The notes beneath the pieces are model-generated. The model was not told the DNA's origin, did no database searches, and saw only the letters and a list, made by a program, of their open reading frames with translations. From positions 1-64,000 of the forward strand of contig JBDREC010000076.1 of assembly GCA_043820105.1 (NCBI GenBank): a stretch of 64,000 bases of DNA, written 5' to 3'. Shown in pieces: positions 54,596 through 64,000 of this stretch (its first letter is position 1; each line of letters starts with the position of its first letter). Position numbers and translations under genes: made by a program. Source of the stretch: Pseudomonadota bacterium (GTDB taxonomy: Bacteria > Bdellovibrionota_F > JAHFAK01 > JBDREC01).

Positions 54596-54868
54596 ATGCT
54601 TTTTTTAAACCTTATAAAAAATAATAGGCAAAAAACAAAAAGCGTTATTGGACTTGTGATACCAAGCAATTGGGATGCAAACAATAATATAACAGGAGTA
54701 AGCATTCTGACTGATTTGGAAGAAGAATATATCGTAAATAATCAAAACACAAATCTTTTAAATGAAACTAATAATAAAATAAAAGCAAAAGGCTTAATAA
54801 CACCCATAGGTGCAGGTAAATCTAAAATAAATATAATTAAGTATAAATTAATCCGAAAATTTAAATGA
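54596..54868 (+). CDS. Hypothetical small protein
   Basis: 90-aa ORF in the operon (GLVIPSNWD...EEEYIV). Confidence 0.55.
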   Translation: MLFLNLIKNNRQKTKSVIGLVIPSNWDANNNITGVSILTDLEEEYIVNNQNTNLLNETNNKIKAKGLITPIGAGKSKINIIKYKLIRKFK

Positions 54869-54881
54869 GATAAAAGAAGAA

Positions 54882-56003
54882 ATGAAGGAGGCGTTAAATC
54901 CAATGAATAAATATAATGATGAGATTACCAATGAACAAACAAATAATTTACTAGATGGAGCAAGTGGGAATTTCATCTCCCTGGAAAATGATATAGATTT
55001 AATAAAAAAAATCGCAGCTGATAAAAACTTACCCTTAGATGAACGAATTGAAGCCTTTGAAGATATTTTTGAATCTGAAGTTGGAGACACAAGCATGGTA
55101 AGAGCCAGAAATCTTGAAAGAGAATTTGGACTCCGACAAATTTATTTAAAATTTGAAGGAAACAATCCTTCTGGAACACAAAAAGACAGAATAGCTTTTG
55201 CACAAGTCATGGATGCCTTAAGAAGAGGTTTTGATGCTATAACTGTCGCTACATGTGGCAATTATGGAGTGGCTGTTGCTTTTCCATCCTCTTTAATCGG
55301 CATAAAATGTATTGTGTTTATCCCTCAAAACTATCACAGCAAAAGACTTTTTGAAATAGAAAAATATGGGGCTGAAATAATAAGAGTAGATGGTGATTAC
55401 GAAATGACTGTAGAAGCTTCCCAAAAATATGCTCAGGACCATGAAATCTATGATGCTAATCCAGGAGGAGCTAATACTCTGCTTCAGCTAAAATCATATG
55501 GAGAAATTTCATACGAAATATATGATGAATTGCGTGATGCTCCAAGCATTGTTGCTTGCCCTGTGTCCAATGGCACCACTGTGGCTGGCATATATAAGGG
55601 TTTTGTAAGTTTGTTTAGAAGGGGCAAAACCTCAAAACTACCTAGAATTGTAGTTGGATCTTCTTATAAAAAAAATCCAATTATTCAGGCTTTTCTCAGT
55701 AACAAAGAAAAGTGTGAAGACCTAATTCCAGTTAGGATAAAAAGCACTCAAGTAAATGAGGCCTTAATAAATTGGCACTCAATTGATGGAGACTATGCAC
55801 TGGAGGCAATTAGAACTTCTTCTGGATGGGCGGGAAATGTTTCAGATAAAAGCTTAATAAAGCATTCAAAATTAATAAGAGAGCTGGAAGGACTTAATGT
55901 ATTACCAGCTTCTTGCGCTGGCTTAGTAAGTTTAATAGAAAGTCACAATATTAAACCATTAAGAAACGATAGATATGTTGTCGTTTTAACGGGAAGGAAA
56001 TAA
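54882..56003 (+). CDS. PLP-dependent enzyme, threonine synthase-like (fold type II)
   Basis: LKFEGNNPSGTQKDR with PLP lysine; ATCGNYG; PVSNGT. Confidence 0.85.
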   Translation: MKEALNPMNKYNDEITNEQTNNLLDGASGNFISLENDIDLIKKIAADKNLPLDERIEAFEDIFESEVGDTSMVRARNLEREFGLRQIYLKFEGNNPSGTQKDRIAFAQVMDALRRGFDAITVATCGNYGVAVAFPSSLIGIKCIVFIPQNYHSKRLFEIEKYGAEIIRVDGDYEMTVEASQKYAQDHEIYDANPGGANTLLQLKSYGEISYEIYDELRDAPSIVACPVSNGTTVAGIYKGFVSLFRRGKTSKLPRIVVGSSYKKNPIIQAFLSNKEKCEDLIPVRIKSTQVNEALINWHSIDGDYALEAIRTSSGWAGNVSDKSLIKHSKLIRELEGLNVLPASCAGLVSLIESHNIKPLRNDRYVVVLTGRK

Positions 56004-56007
56004 GTTT

Positions 56008-57111
56008 ATGAACAATAGAATCCCAAATACAATTATTTACTGTGAAAAGGCACTTAAAACAACAAATGGTAAAACTGCACATGGATTACTCAGAAGATCT
56101 AACAGATACAATATCGTAGCAGTTGTAGATTCCTTGTGCAAAGGCAAAGATTCAGGAATTATCCTTGCTGGAATTAAGAATGACATTCCAGTTTTTGCAA
56201 CCATTCAGGATGCTTACAATTATTCTTTTGAAAAGCAAAAAAAAGCCTCGCATATGGTAATTGGTTTGGCACCTGATGGGGGACGATTTGCAAAAGAAAA
56301 TATCCAGGACATTTTTGAAGCGATAAAATTAAAATTAAATATTCATTCAGGATTACATGATTACATCTCTGAAAACAAGGAAATGAATAAATTTGCCCTT
56401 GAACATGGTGTAATCCTTTATGATATCAGAAAACCAAAACCAATAAATGAACTGCACTTTTTTGATGGAAGAATTAATGAGGTTGATTCTCTTAAAATTG
56501 CAATCTTAGGAACCGATTCGGCCATTGGCAAAAGAACCAGCGCCTGGATAATCCACGATAAGTTGAATCAATTAGGAATAAAAACCGAAATGATCGGCAC
56601 TGGGCAAACTTCATGGATGCAGGGGGCAAACCACTGTATTATAATTGATTCTTTAGTTAGTGATTTTATGTCCGGGGAGATTGAAAATGTAGTCTGGACA
56701 GCCTGGAAAAAAGCAAAACCAGAAATCATCTTAATTGAAGGACAGGGAAGTCTTTTAAATCCAGCATATCCAGGTGGCTTCGAAATATTAGCAGCTGGCA
56801 GACCTGATATAATAATTTTACAGGAAGCTCCAGCGAGAATAATTTACGATGGCTTCCCGGATTATAAAAAGCATGAACTAGCAAGACAAATAGAAGCTAT
56901 TGAAATTATATCAGGCAAGCGCGTTGTGGCAATCACAATTAATCATGAGAATATAAAAACAGAAGATATACCTTCTGTTTGTCAGGTAATTCAAAATGAG
57001 ACCCAGCTGCCAACATTTGATGTATTGGAAAACGGGGCAGAAGCTATAGCACAAGAAATTGAAAAATATTTAATAGCACATAAAAGGAAAAACAATGAAG
57101 GCCTTAAGTGA
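56008..57111 (+). CDS. DUF1611 family protein
   Basis: GKTAHGL, SGLH, GTDSAIGKRT, TGQT, EGQGSL. Confidence 0.85.
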   Translation: MNNRIPNTIIYCEKALKTTNGKTAHGLLRRSNRYNIVAVVDSLCKGKDSGIILAGIKNDIPVFATIQDAYNYSFEKQKKASHMVIGLAPDGGRFAKENIQDIFEAIKLKLNIHSGLHDYISENKEMNKFALEHGVILYDIRKPKPINELHFFDGRINEVDSLKIAILGTDSAIGKRTSAWIIHDKLNQLGIKTEMIGTGQTSWMQGANHCIIIDSLVSDFMSGEIENVVWTAWKKAKPEIILIEGQGSLLNPAYPGGFEILAAGRPDIIILQEAPARIIYDGFPDYKKHELARQIEAIEIISGKRVVAITINHENIKTEDIPSVCQVIQNETQLPTFDVLENGAEAIAQEIEKYLIAHKRKNNEGLK

Positions 57112-59422
57112 TTTTGTAAATCTGGATCAATTAACAATAGAAGCTCCAGTGATAGAAGATAATAGGGTTTGGTCAAATTATAATATTACAGATGGCTCAA
57201 AAACCGATACAATTAAATTATGCTATAAATATGAAAATAAAAAGCAGTTTTTGAATCTTGAAAATGCGAATACCCATAATCTTGCCTCAATGATCACTGC
57301 TCAAGTTGCTATTAATTATGGTCTGTTTTTCAAAACTATCTTTTTTAAGGGTCTTTTTGATGAGACAGATAAAAAGTTTATTTTAGATGTTTTTGAAAAC
57401 ACATCCAGGGAAATTTACGTTAACAAACTATTAAAAGGAAATTTGTTTTTAACAGAAAGCTTTAAACATGTTGAATGTCAAAAACTGAAAAAATATACAC
57501 AGGCGAAAATTGTTTTTGAATCTGATGCAAAGAAAGACTCTAAGCTCTCATGGCAATTATGGAACACAGACAAATCAAAGTACGCCATTTTATCAAGTGG
57601 TGGTAAAGACAGTTTGCTCACCTATGGAATTCTTAATGAATTAAACAAGGAAACTTATCCCATATTCATAAATGAATCCGGAAGGCATTGGTATACTGCA
57701 ATAAATGCATACAAACACTTCAAAGAAAATATTCCAAATACCCAAAGAGTCTGGACGAATGCAGATAGAGTTTATAATTGGGTTTTAAGACACCTTAGCT
57801 TTATTAAGAAAGACTTTGCAAACATTAGATCCGATGGCTATCCGATCAGGCTTTGGACAGTAGCTGTTTTTTTATTTGGAGCTTTACCAATCTTACATAA
57901 TAATAATGTTGGGAGACTTTTAATAGGCGATGAATATGATACAACTATGAAATCAAAATACAAAGGTATCACGCATTACGCAGGCTTATTTGACCAAAGC
58001 CGATATTTTGATATTTTACTTTCCAGATACTTTTTAAGAAAAGGATGGATGATTAGTCAGTTTTCAATTCTTAGAAATCTTTCTGAAATTTTAATTCAGG
58101 GAATTTTATATAAAAGATATCCCTTGCTTTGCGAAAAACAGGTATCCTGCCACGCAGCTTCAATAATGAACAATATTGCATGTCCCTGTGGCAAATGTGA
58201 AAAATGCAGAAGAATTATCAGTATGCTTTTATCAGTTGATGAAAATCCAGAAAAACTAGGCTATACCAAAGAACAAATTAAAAGATGTTTGAAATCAGTA
58301 AATCTAAATTCAATCCATCAAGAAAAAGAGGCAGTAAAACAGCTTATAATAGATCTAGAAAAGAAAAATATCATAAAATTCAATGCTAAAAACTTAAAAG
58401 CTCATCCTGAAGTATTTAAACTTAGGTTTGATCCTGATAAATCTCCAATCGAAACTATCCCAAATGATTTGCGAAAAGATGTATTCAAAATATTTCTTAA
58501 ATATTCAAATGGGGTTTGTAAAAAAGCAAATAAAACCTGGGATAATTTTGATCTTTTTAATGACTCTGGCTTTAATAAAAGATATCCGTTTGAATCTGTA
58601 TTTAAAACAAAGAAAGAAAAAATATATGTTAAATTAAAAAAAGAATCTTATTTATTAGGAGAATTAACCTGGCTTGAAGCAAAGCTTCGATTTCTCAAAG
58701 TTGATATTGCTTTATTACCAGTAGGAGCCATTGAACAGCATGGCCCTCATCTTCCACTTGACACTGACTCTTTTGATGCAAATTACCTGGCAAATGAAGT
58801 TGCGAATTCCTGTTCTGATCCCAAACCCCTGGTGCTACCCTTAATCCCATATGGCATTTCATATCATCATGATGACTTTCCAGGAACAATAAGCATTTCA
58901 AACAGAACATTATCAAATTTAGTTTATGATATCGGAATAAGCCTTGTAAAAAATGGAATTAAAAAACTAATTATAATTAATGGTCATGGAGGGAACACCC
59001 CTTCCTTAAATTATGCAGCTCAACAGTTAAACAAAAAAACAAAGGCCTTTGTTTGTGTTGATTCTGGTGAATCAAGCGATGTCGATATTTATAAATTAAT
59101 CGAAACACCCAATGATGTTCACTCAGGTGAAGTGGAAACCAGCACATCATTAGTAACAAGGCCCCACTTAATTAACAGGAAACTATTTAAAAAATCCATA
59201 CCCAGGTTTACTACAAATTATTTAGATTTTACAAATAACAGGTCTGTAAGGTGGTATGCTCATACAAAAAAATTCTCCGAAAATGGTGTAATCGGTGATC
59301 CAACTAAAGCCAGTGAAGAAAAGGGAAAAAAGATTTGGCAGATTATGATTTCTCACTTAGTTTCAATTGTTGAAAATGTAAAAAAAATACCTTTAGATGA
59401 AATATATCAAAAGAAATACTAA
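57095..59422 (+). CDS. Fusion of a PP-loop (QueC-like) domain and a creatininase-family amidohydrolase
   Basis: SSGGKDS, SCH...CGKCEKC; C-terminal GAIEQHGPHLPLDTD, NGHGGN, HSGEVETS. Confidence 0.8.
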   Translation: MKALSDFVNLDQLTIEAPVIEDNRVWSNYNITDGSKTDTIKLCYKYENKKQFLNLENANTHNLASMITAQVAINYGLFFKTIFFKGLFDETDKKFILDVFENTSREIYVNKLLKGNLFLTESFKHVECQKLKKYTQAKIVFESDAKKDSKLSWQLWNTDKSKYAILSSGGKDSLLTYGILNELNKETYPIFINESGRHWYTAINAYKHFKENIPNTQRVWTNADRVYNWVLRHLSFIKKDFANIRSDGYPIRLWTVAVFLFGALPILHNNNVGRLLIGDEYDTTMKSKYKGITHYAGLFDQSRYFDILLSRYFLRKGWMISQFSILRNLSEILIQGILYKRYPLLCEKQVSCHAASIMNNIACPCGKCEKCRRIISMLLSVDENPEKLGYTKEQIKRCLKSVNLNSIHQEKEAVKQLIIDLEKKNIIKFNAKNLKAHPEVFKLRFDPDKSPIETIPNDLRKDVFKIFLKYSNGVCKKANKTWDNFDLFNDSGFNKRYPFESVFKTKKEKIYVKLKKESYLLGELTWLEAKLRFLKVDIALLPVGAIEQHGPHLPLDTDSFDANYLANEVANSCSDPKPLVLPLIPYGISYHHDDFPGTISISNRTLSNLVYDIGISLVKNGIKKLIIINGHGGNTPSLNYAAQQLNKKTKAFVCVDSGESSDVDIYKLIETPNDVHSGEVETSTSLVTRPHLINRKLFKKSIPRFTTNYLDFTNNRSVRWYAHTKKFSENGVIGDPTKASEEKGKKIWQIMISHLVSIVENVKKIPLDEIYQKKY

Positions 59423-59435
59423 TTAAGGATTAGCA

Positions 59436-60506
59436 ATGATAATAACTGACATTGAAATAATACCATATAATTTTAGACTAAAAGAGCCTTATGAAATAGC
59501 TTATGAAAAAATTGAATCCACAGATAATATTTTTCTATTATTAAAAACAAATAAAAATATAACAGGTTATGGTTGTGCTGCTCCCGATTTAGCAATAACA
59601 AAAGAAACTAAAGAAACAGTTGTGAACTTTTTAAATGGTAAAGCTCGAGATTTCCTTAAAAACAAAGATCCTTTAAGATATGCCTTTTTAATGGATAGCT
59701 TAAAAAATATGGATAAGAATAATTCATCTGCTTTAGCTTCTGTTGATATGGCTTTATTGGATATCTTGGGTAAAATTTCTAACCTGCCCTTATTTAAACT
59801 ATTTGGAGCATACAGAACAAGCTTTCCAACAAGTGTTACAATTGGCATAATGAACATCCCTGACACCTTAAAAAAAGCAACTGGCTTTATTAAGGATGGC
59901 TTTAAAATTATTAAATTAAAGGGGGGTAAAAATATTGAAGAAGATATTGAAAAAATTATTAAAATAAGAGAGCTTGCAAAAGATAAAATTGCGATAAGAT
60001 TTGATGCTAATCAGGGTTATTCATTAGAAGATGTTAAGACTTTTTTTAATAAAACAAAAAATGCAAAAGTTCAATTAATCGAACAACCATCCCCAAAACA
60101 CAATGATTATCAGCTTGGGGAATCTACGAGAAGTGTTGATATTCCTATTATGGCTGATGAGAGTCTTATGTCCTTAAAAGATGCGTTCCGTCTAGCCAGG
60201 AAAGATATTGTAGATATGATAAATATAAAATTAATGAAAGTTGGGGGAATTATTGAAGCTGTAAACATCAATGCTGTAGCCAAATCAGCTGGATTAGAAG
60301 CGATGATTGGCTGCATGGATGAATCTTGCTTATCAATTTCCGCGGCTTTGCATTTTGCTCTTTCAAGACCAAATGTAATTTACGCTGACTTAGATGGACA
60401 TCTGGATTTACTAAAGGATCCTTTTGCAAATTCTATTATCCTTAAGCATGGGATATTATATCCCACGGATAAACCAGGACTTGGCTTGAATATAAGCGAT
60501 TTTTAA
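59436..60506 (+). CDS. Dipeptide epimerase-like enolase-superfamily protein
   Basis: KLKGG, RFDANQG, IEQP, MADES, NIKLMK, DLDG. Confidence 0.88.
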   Translation: MIITDIEIIPYNFRLKEPYEIAYEKIESTDNIFLLLKTNKNITGYGCAAPDLAITKETKETVVNFLNGKARDFLKNKDPLRYAFLMDSLKNMDKNNSSALASVDMALLDILGKISNLPLFKLFGAYRTSFPTSVTIGIMNIPDTLKKATGFIKDGFKIIKLKGGKNIEEDIEKIIKIRELAKDKIAIRFDANQGYSLEDVKTFFNKTKNAKVQLIEQPSPKHNDYQLGESTRSVDIPIMADESLMSLKDAFRLARKDIVDMINIKLMKVGGIIEAVNINAVAKSAGLEAMIGCMDESCLSISAALHFALSRPNVIYADLDGHLDLLKDPFANSIILKHGILYPTDKPGLGLNISDF

Positions 60507-60617
60507 TCATTTGGTTTAGACAATGATACATTTACATTTAATTAGCTTCTTTGCTTTATAATTTTTATCATATATAGTGTTTTCGAATATATTTTTATTT
60601 TAAAGGAGGTAATAATT

Positions 60618-62975
60618 ATGACAGATACAAAATCAAATTATGAAATTTTGCTTATGGATAAATATTGGCGGGCTGCAAATTATTTATCAGTTGGACAAAT
60701 ATATCTTTATGACAATCCTTTATTAAAAGAGGAGCTTAAACTTGAACATATTAAACCTAGATTACTGGGACATTGGGGAACAACACCTGGGCTCAATTTT
60801 ATTTATGTACACTTAAATAGAATTATTAAAAAATATGATCAGGACATGATATATATTGCTGGCCCAGGTCATGGTGGACCAGCGCTTGTGGCTAATACTT
60901 ATCTAGAGGGAACATATTCAGAATATTATCCGAAGATTAGCCAAGACACTTTAGGCATGAAAAAATTATTTAAACAGTTTTCATTTCCAGGTGGAATACC
61001 AAGTCATGTTTCACCAGAAACTCCTGGCTCTATTCATGAAGGTGGTGAACTTGGTTATTGCTTAAGTCATGCATTTGGGGCAGCCTTTGATAATCCAGAT
61101 TTAATTGTAGCCTGTGTTGTTGGAGATGGTGAAGCAGAAACTGGACCTTTAGCAACAAGTTGGCATTCCAATAAGTTTTTAAATCCAAACATTGATGGCA
61201 CAGTGTTGCCAATATTGCATCTAAATGGGTATAAAATTCACAACCCTTGCATTTTAGCCAGGCTTCCACAAGATGAGCTTGAAAAGCTTATGCAGGGCTA
61301 TGGATACAAACCTTATTTTGTTGAAGGTGAAGATCCCATAACAATGCACAATTTAATGTATGAAACATTAGATAAAATCATGCATGAAATAAATACTATA
61401 AAAAAAGAAGCGAAAACTTCGTTAAAAATTAAAAGACCTCAATGGCCAATGATTATTATGAAAACTCCAAAAGGTTGGACTGGGCCTAAAGAGATCGATG
61501 GAAAAATGTCAGAAAATTCTTTTAGATCTCACCAGGTTCCTTTTTCAGAGATGAGTAAAAAGCCAGAGCAAATAAAGCTCTTAAAAGATTGGATGCAAAG
61601 TTATAAACCTGACCAACTTTTTGATGATAATGGATCTTTAAATAGTGCAATTGCGAAGCTCGCTCCAACTGGTGAAAAACGAATGGGTGATATTCCACAT
61701 ACCAATGGTGGCCGACTTTTAAAAGACCTCAAAATGCCTGACTTCAGGGAATATGCAATTTCTATGGAAAACCCGGGTCAAACCCTTGGCGAAGCAACCA
61801 AAGAAATGGGAAAATTCTTAAGAGATATTATGAAATTGAATAAAAATAATTTTAGAATATTTGGGCCAGATGAAACTCAATCAAATAGACTTGGCTCTTT
61901 ATTTGAAGTTACAAACAGAACCTGGATAGATGATATAAGAGATTATGATGAGCATTTATCCTCTGATGGAAGAGTAATGGAGATTTTGAGTGAGCATACC
62001 TGTCAGGGATGGCTAGAAGGCTACTTATTAACTGGAAGACATGGCTTGTTTTCCTGTTATGAAGCTTTTATTCATATTATTGATTCAATGTTTAACCAGC
62101 ATGCTAAGTGGCTTAAGGTTACTAATGATGAAATACCATGGCGAAGGCCAATTGCTTCCTTAAATTATCTATTAACTAGCCATGTCTGGAGACAGGATCA
62201 CAATGGCTTTAGTCACCAGGACCCCGGATTTATTGACCATGTTATTAATAAAAAAGCTGACATTGTTAGAGTCTACTTACCACCTGATGCAAATACCTTA
62301 TTATCAGTTACAGATCATTGTTTGAAAAGTAAAAATTATATAAATGTAATTGTTGCAGGAAAACAACCTGCATTACAATATTTGAATATAGAGGATGCAA
62401 TTAAACATTGCACAAAAGGAATTGGAATTTGGAAATGGGCCAGTAATGATATAGGTTGTGATCCTGATGTAGTCTTAGCGTGTGCTGGCGATGTTCCAAC
62501 TCTTGAAACTTTAGCAGCAACTTCAATTTTGAGAAACAAGTTTCCTGAATTAAAAGTTAGAGTAGTTAATGTAGTTGACCTGATGACTCTGCAACATGAA
62601 AAAGAACATCCCCATGGATTGTCTGACACAGAATTCGATTCGATTTTCACAAAAGATAAGCCTATAATATTTGCTTATCATGGCTATCCATGGTTAATCC
62701 ACAGACTTACATATAAAAGAAACAACCATAAAAACTTACATGTAAGAGGTTATGTTGAAGAAGGAAAAACAACAACTCCTTTTGACATGTGTGTCTTGAA
62801 TCACATAGACAGATTTCACCTGGCAGATGATGTAATAGATAGAGTTCCTAAACTTGAAACAAAAGGAGCTTATTTAAAACAAGAAATTGATAATAAGCTT
62901 ATCGAACATAATGATTATATAATAAAACATGGGGTAGATATGCCTGAAATTAGCCAATGGAAATTTGATATTTAA
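60618..62975 (+). CDS. xfp: Phosphoketolase (XFP family)
   Basis: [44 protein letters not shown]. Confidence 0.95.
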   Translation: MTDTKSNYEILLMDKYWRAANYLSVGQIYLYDNPLLKEELKLEHIKPRLLGHWGTTPGLNFIYVHLNRIIKKYDQDMIYIAGPGHGGPALVANTYLEGTYSEYYPKISQDTLGMKKLFKQFSFPGGIPSHVSPETPGSIHEGGELGYCLSHAFGAAFDNPDLIVACVVGDGEAETGPLATSWHSNKFLNPNIDGTVLPILHLNGYKIHNPCILARLPQDELEKLMQGYGYKPYFVEGEDPITMHNLMYETLDKIMHEINTIKKEAKTSLKIKRPQWPMIIMKTPKGWTGPKEIDGKMSENSFRSHQVPFSEMSKKPEQIKLLKDWMQSYKPDQLFDDNGSLNSAIAKLAPTGEKRMGDIPHTNGGRLLKDLKMPDFREYAISMENPGQTLGEATKEMGKFLRDIMKLNKNNFRIFGPDETQSNRLGSLFEVTNRTWIDDIRDYDEHLSSDGRVMEILSEHTCQGWLEGYLLTGRHGLFSCYEAFIHIIDSMFNQHAKWLKVTNDEIPWRRPIASLNYLLTSHVWRQDHNGFSHQDPGFIDHVINKKADIVRVYLPPDANTLLSVTDHCLKSKNYINVIVAGKQPALQYLNIEDAIKHCTKGIGIWKWASNDIGCDPDVVLACAGDVPTLETLAATSILRNKFPELKVRVVNVVDLMTLQHEKEHPHGLSDTEFDSIFTKDKPIIFAYHGYPWLIHRLTYKRNNHKNLHVRGYVEEGKTTTPFDMCVLNHIDRFHLADDVIDRVPKLETKGAYLKQEIDNKLIEHNDYIIKHGVDMPEISQWKFDI

Positions 62976-62999
62976 TAAAAACAGCAAGAACAAAAATAC

Positions 63000-63770
63000 T
63001 CAGGAAACTTGAGTTTTAATACTTAAGATCGCCACTTTTAATATTTCTTTTAGACGATTTAATTTATTGTCAAACATTTCACCTGTCCATTCGTCCATAA
63101 ATATCTTTTTAAACTCAATAGAAATAGAGCAGCAATTATTAGGAAAATTTTTATGTATCCACTGAGACATATAACCACCCATAAATATTTTATTTTCAGC
63201 TACAACTAAATTTCTTTCAAAAAAACTTTCGTTTTTTAAGGTGCTAATAAATGGATCAAGAAGGTGGCTCCAGTTATTCCTATTCATTGAAGCAGTGCCA
63301 ATATTAATATCTGGATACTTTTCTCCCTGTAAATACTCATAAGATTCGTGATTTCTTCGATAATTATATGAATGAATATCTAAAATAATAACTTTTCCGT
63401 GCTCTTTAATCTTCTTCTTAAGAAAATTTGCTAATTTATCATAAAAATATATATGCTTATCATAAGATAATTTGAGCAATTTTTGAGGCATGCTTTTCTT
63501 CCAAACATCCAGTCCCCACGAATCATGAGAAGTCTTATAAACACAATTTTCAAGGGGTCTGTTTAAATCAACTTCAAATCGTGACGTGTTTACTAAAACT
63601 CTATTCAGGCAAAGATCAGTAAATAGATTAGTAAAAGGATCCTCTTCTCTTAATCTATCTTCTTCAGATATTTGTAGATATGGCCACAATTCTCTTCTAA
63701 TGTGGTGCCCTGAATGAATTGCTGTAGCGATAAATATTGATGGAGAAGATTTAAATTCAAAATCTTTCAT
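63000..63770 (-). CDS. N-formylglutamate amidohydrolase family protein
   Basis: AIHSGH, REEDPFT, SRFEVDLNR, DIHSY, FMGGY, IEFKK. Confidence 0.85.
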   Translation of the reverse strand: MKDFEFKSSPSIFIATAIHSGHHIRRELWPYLQISEEDRLREEDPFTNLFTDLCLNRVLVNTSRFEVDLNRPLENCVYKTSHDSWGLDVWKKSMPQKLLKLSYDKHIYFYDKLANFLKKKIKEHGKVIILDIHSYNYRRNHESYEYLQGEKYPDINIGTASMNRNNWSHLLDPFISTLKNESFFERNLVVAENKIFMGGYMSQWIHKNFPNNCCSISIEFKKIFMDEWTGEMFDNKLNRLKEILKVAILSIKTQVS

Positions 63771-64000
63771 AAAGTTGCCATTTCAACATTGTCAAAATTT
63801 CTTTTGTAATATTTCATATATTGAGCTTTTTGTTCTAATACATGTATAAGCTCAATTGAAAAATTTACTTTTTCAAATTTTTGAGCTGAACCAAAACCAC
63901 CTGGAGAAAAAACATTTATTTCCATTAGCTTATCACCAACAATATCAAGGCCAACCATGAACATACCATCAAAAACCAACTTTGGTCTAACAATATCCAC
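63767..64000 (-). CDS. Glutathione synthetase-like ATP-grasp protein, C-terminal part (runs off the window)
   Basis: VGLDIVGDKLMEINVFSPGG. Confidence 0.75.
   Translation of the reverse strand: MDIVRPKLVFDGMFMVGLDIVGDKLMEINVFSPGGFGSAQKFEKVNFSIELIHVLEQKAQYMKYYKRNFDNVEMATL

Overview
AT-rich bacterial chromosomal window, roughly 30% GC by eye, with deltaproteobacterial-like gene content. From left to right it holds: a minus-strand heme operon (AhbD/NirJ-like radical SAM, hemC, hemE, hemH, hemY); gdhA and a receiver/PEP-synthase-like gene; three unannotated paralogous small ORFs; and tmRNA. Next is a ~10 kb accessory region between the convergent tmRNA and tRNA-Phe genes. It appears to be a tandem array of integrase-less cassettes (two AbiE TA pairs, GNATs, RhuM, MBL hydrolase, a frameshifted AlbA_2 regulator, an IS66 remnant), each delimited by copies of the tmRNA 3' end and conserved structured elements. 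An SLBB export gene, a lipoprotein and PBP1A follow. Then comes an ORF-free ~1.17 kb segment (29990-31166, minus strand) that looks like a large, highly structured standalone ncRNA with its own promoter, an 18-bp closing helix and a terminator. The rest is an atypical peroxiredoxin and degenerate kinase, MscS channels, nfeD pair, corA, a cation-chloride cotransporter-like gene, clpB, GGDEF, USP, an NtrC-type regulator, a sigma54-driven PLP/DUF1611/PP-loop-creatininase/epimerase operon, phosphoketolase, N-formylglutamate amidohydrolase and a partial GshB-like gene. The top candidates for novelty are the large ncRNA and the tmRNA-anchored cassette array. All calls come from reading the sequence by eye; no searches or folding programs were run.
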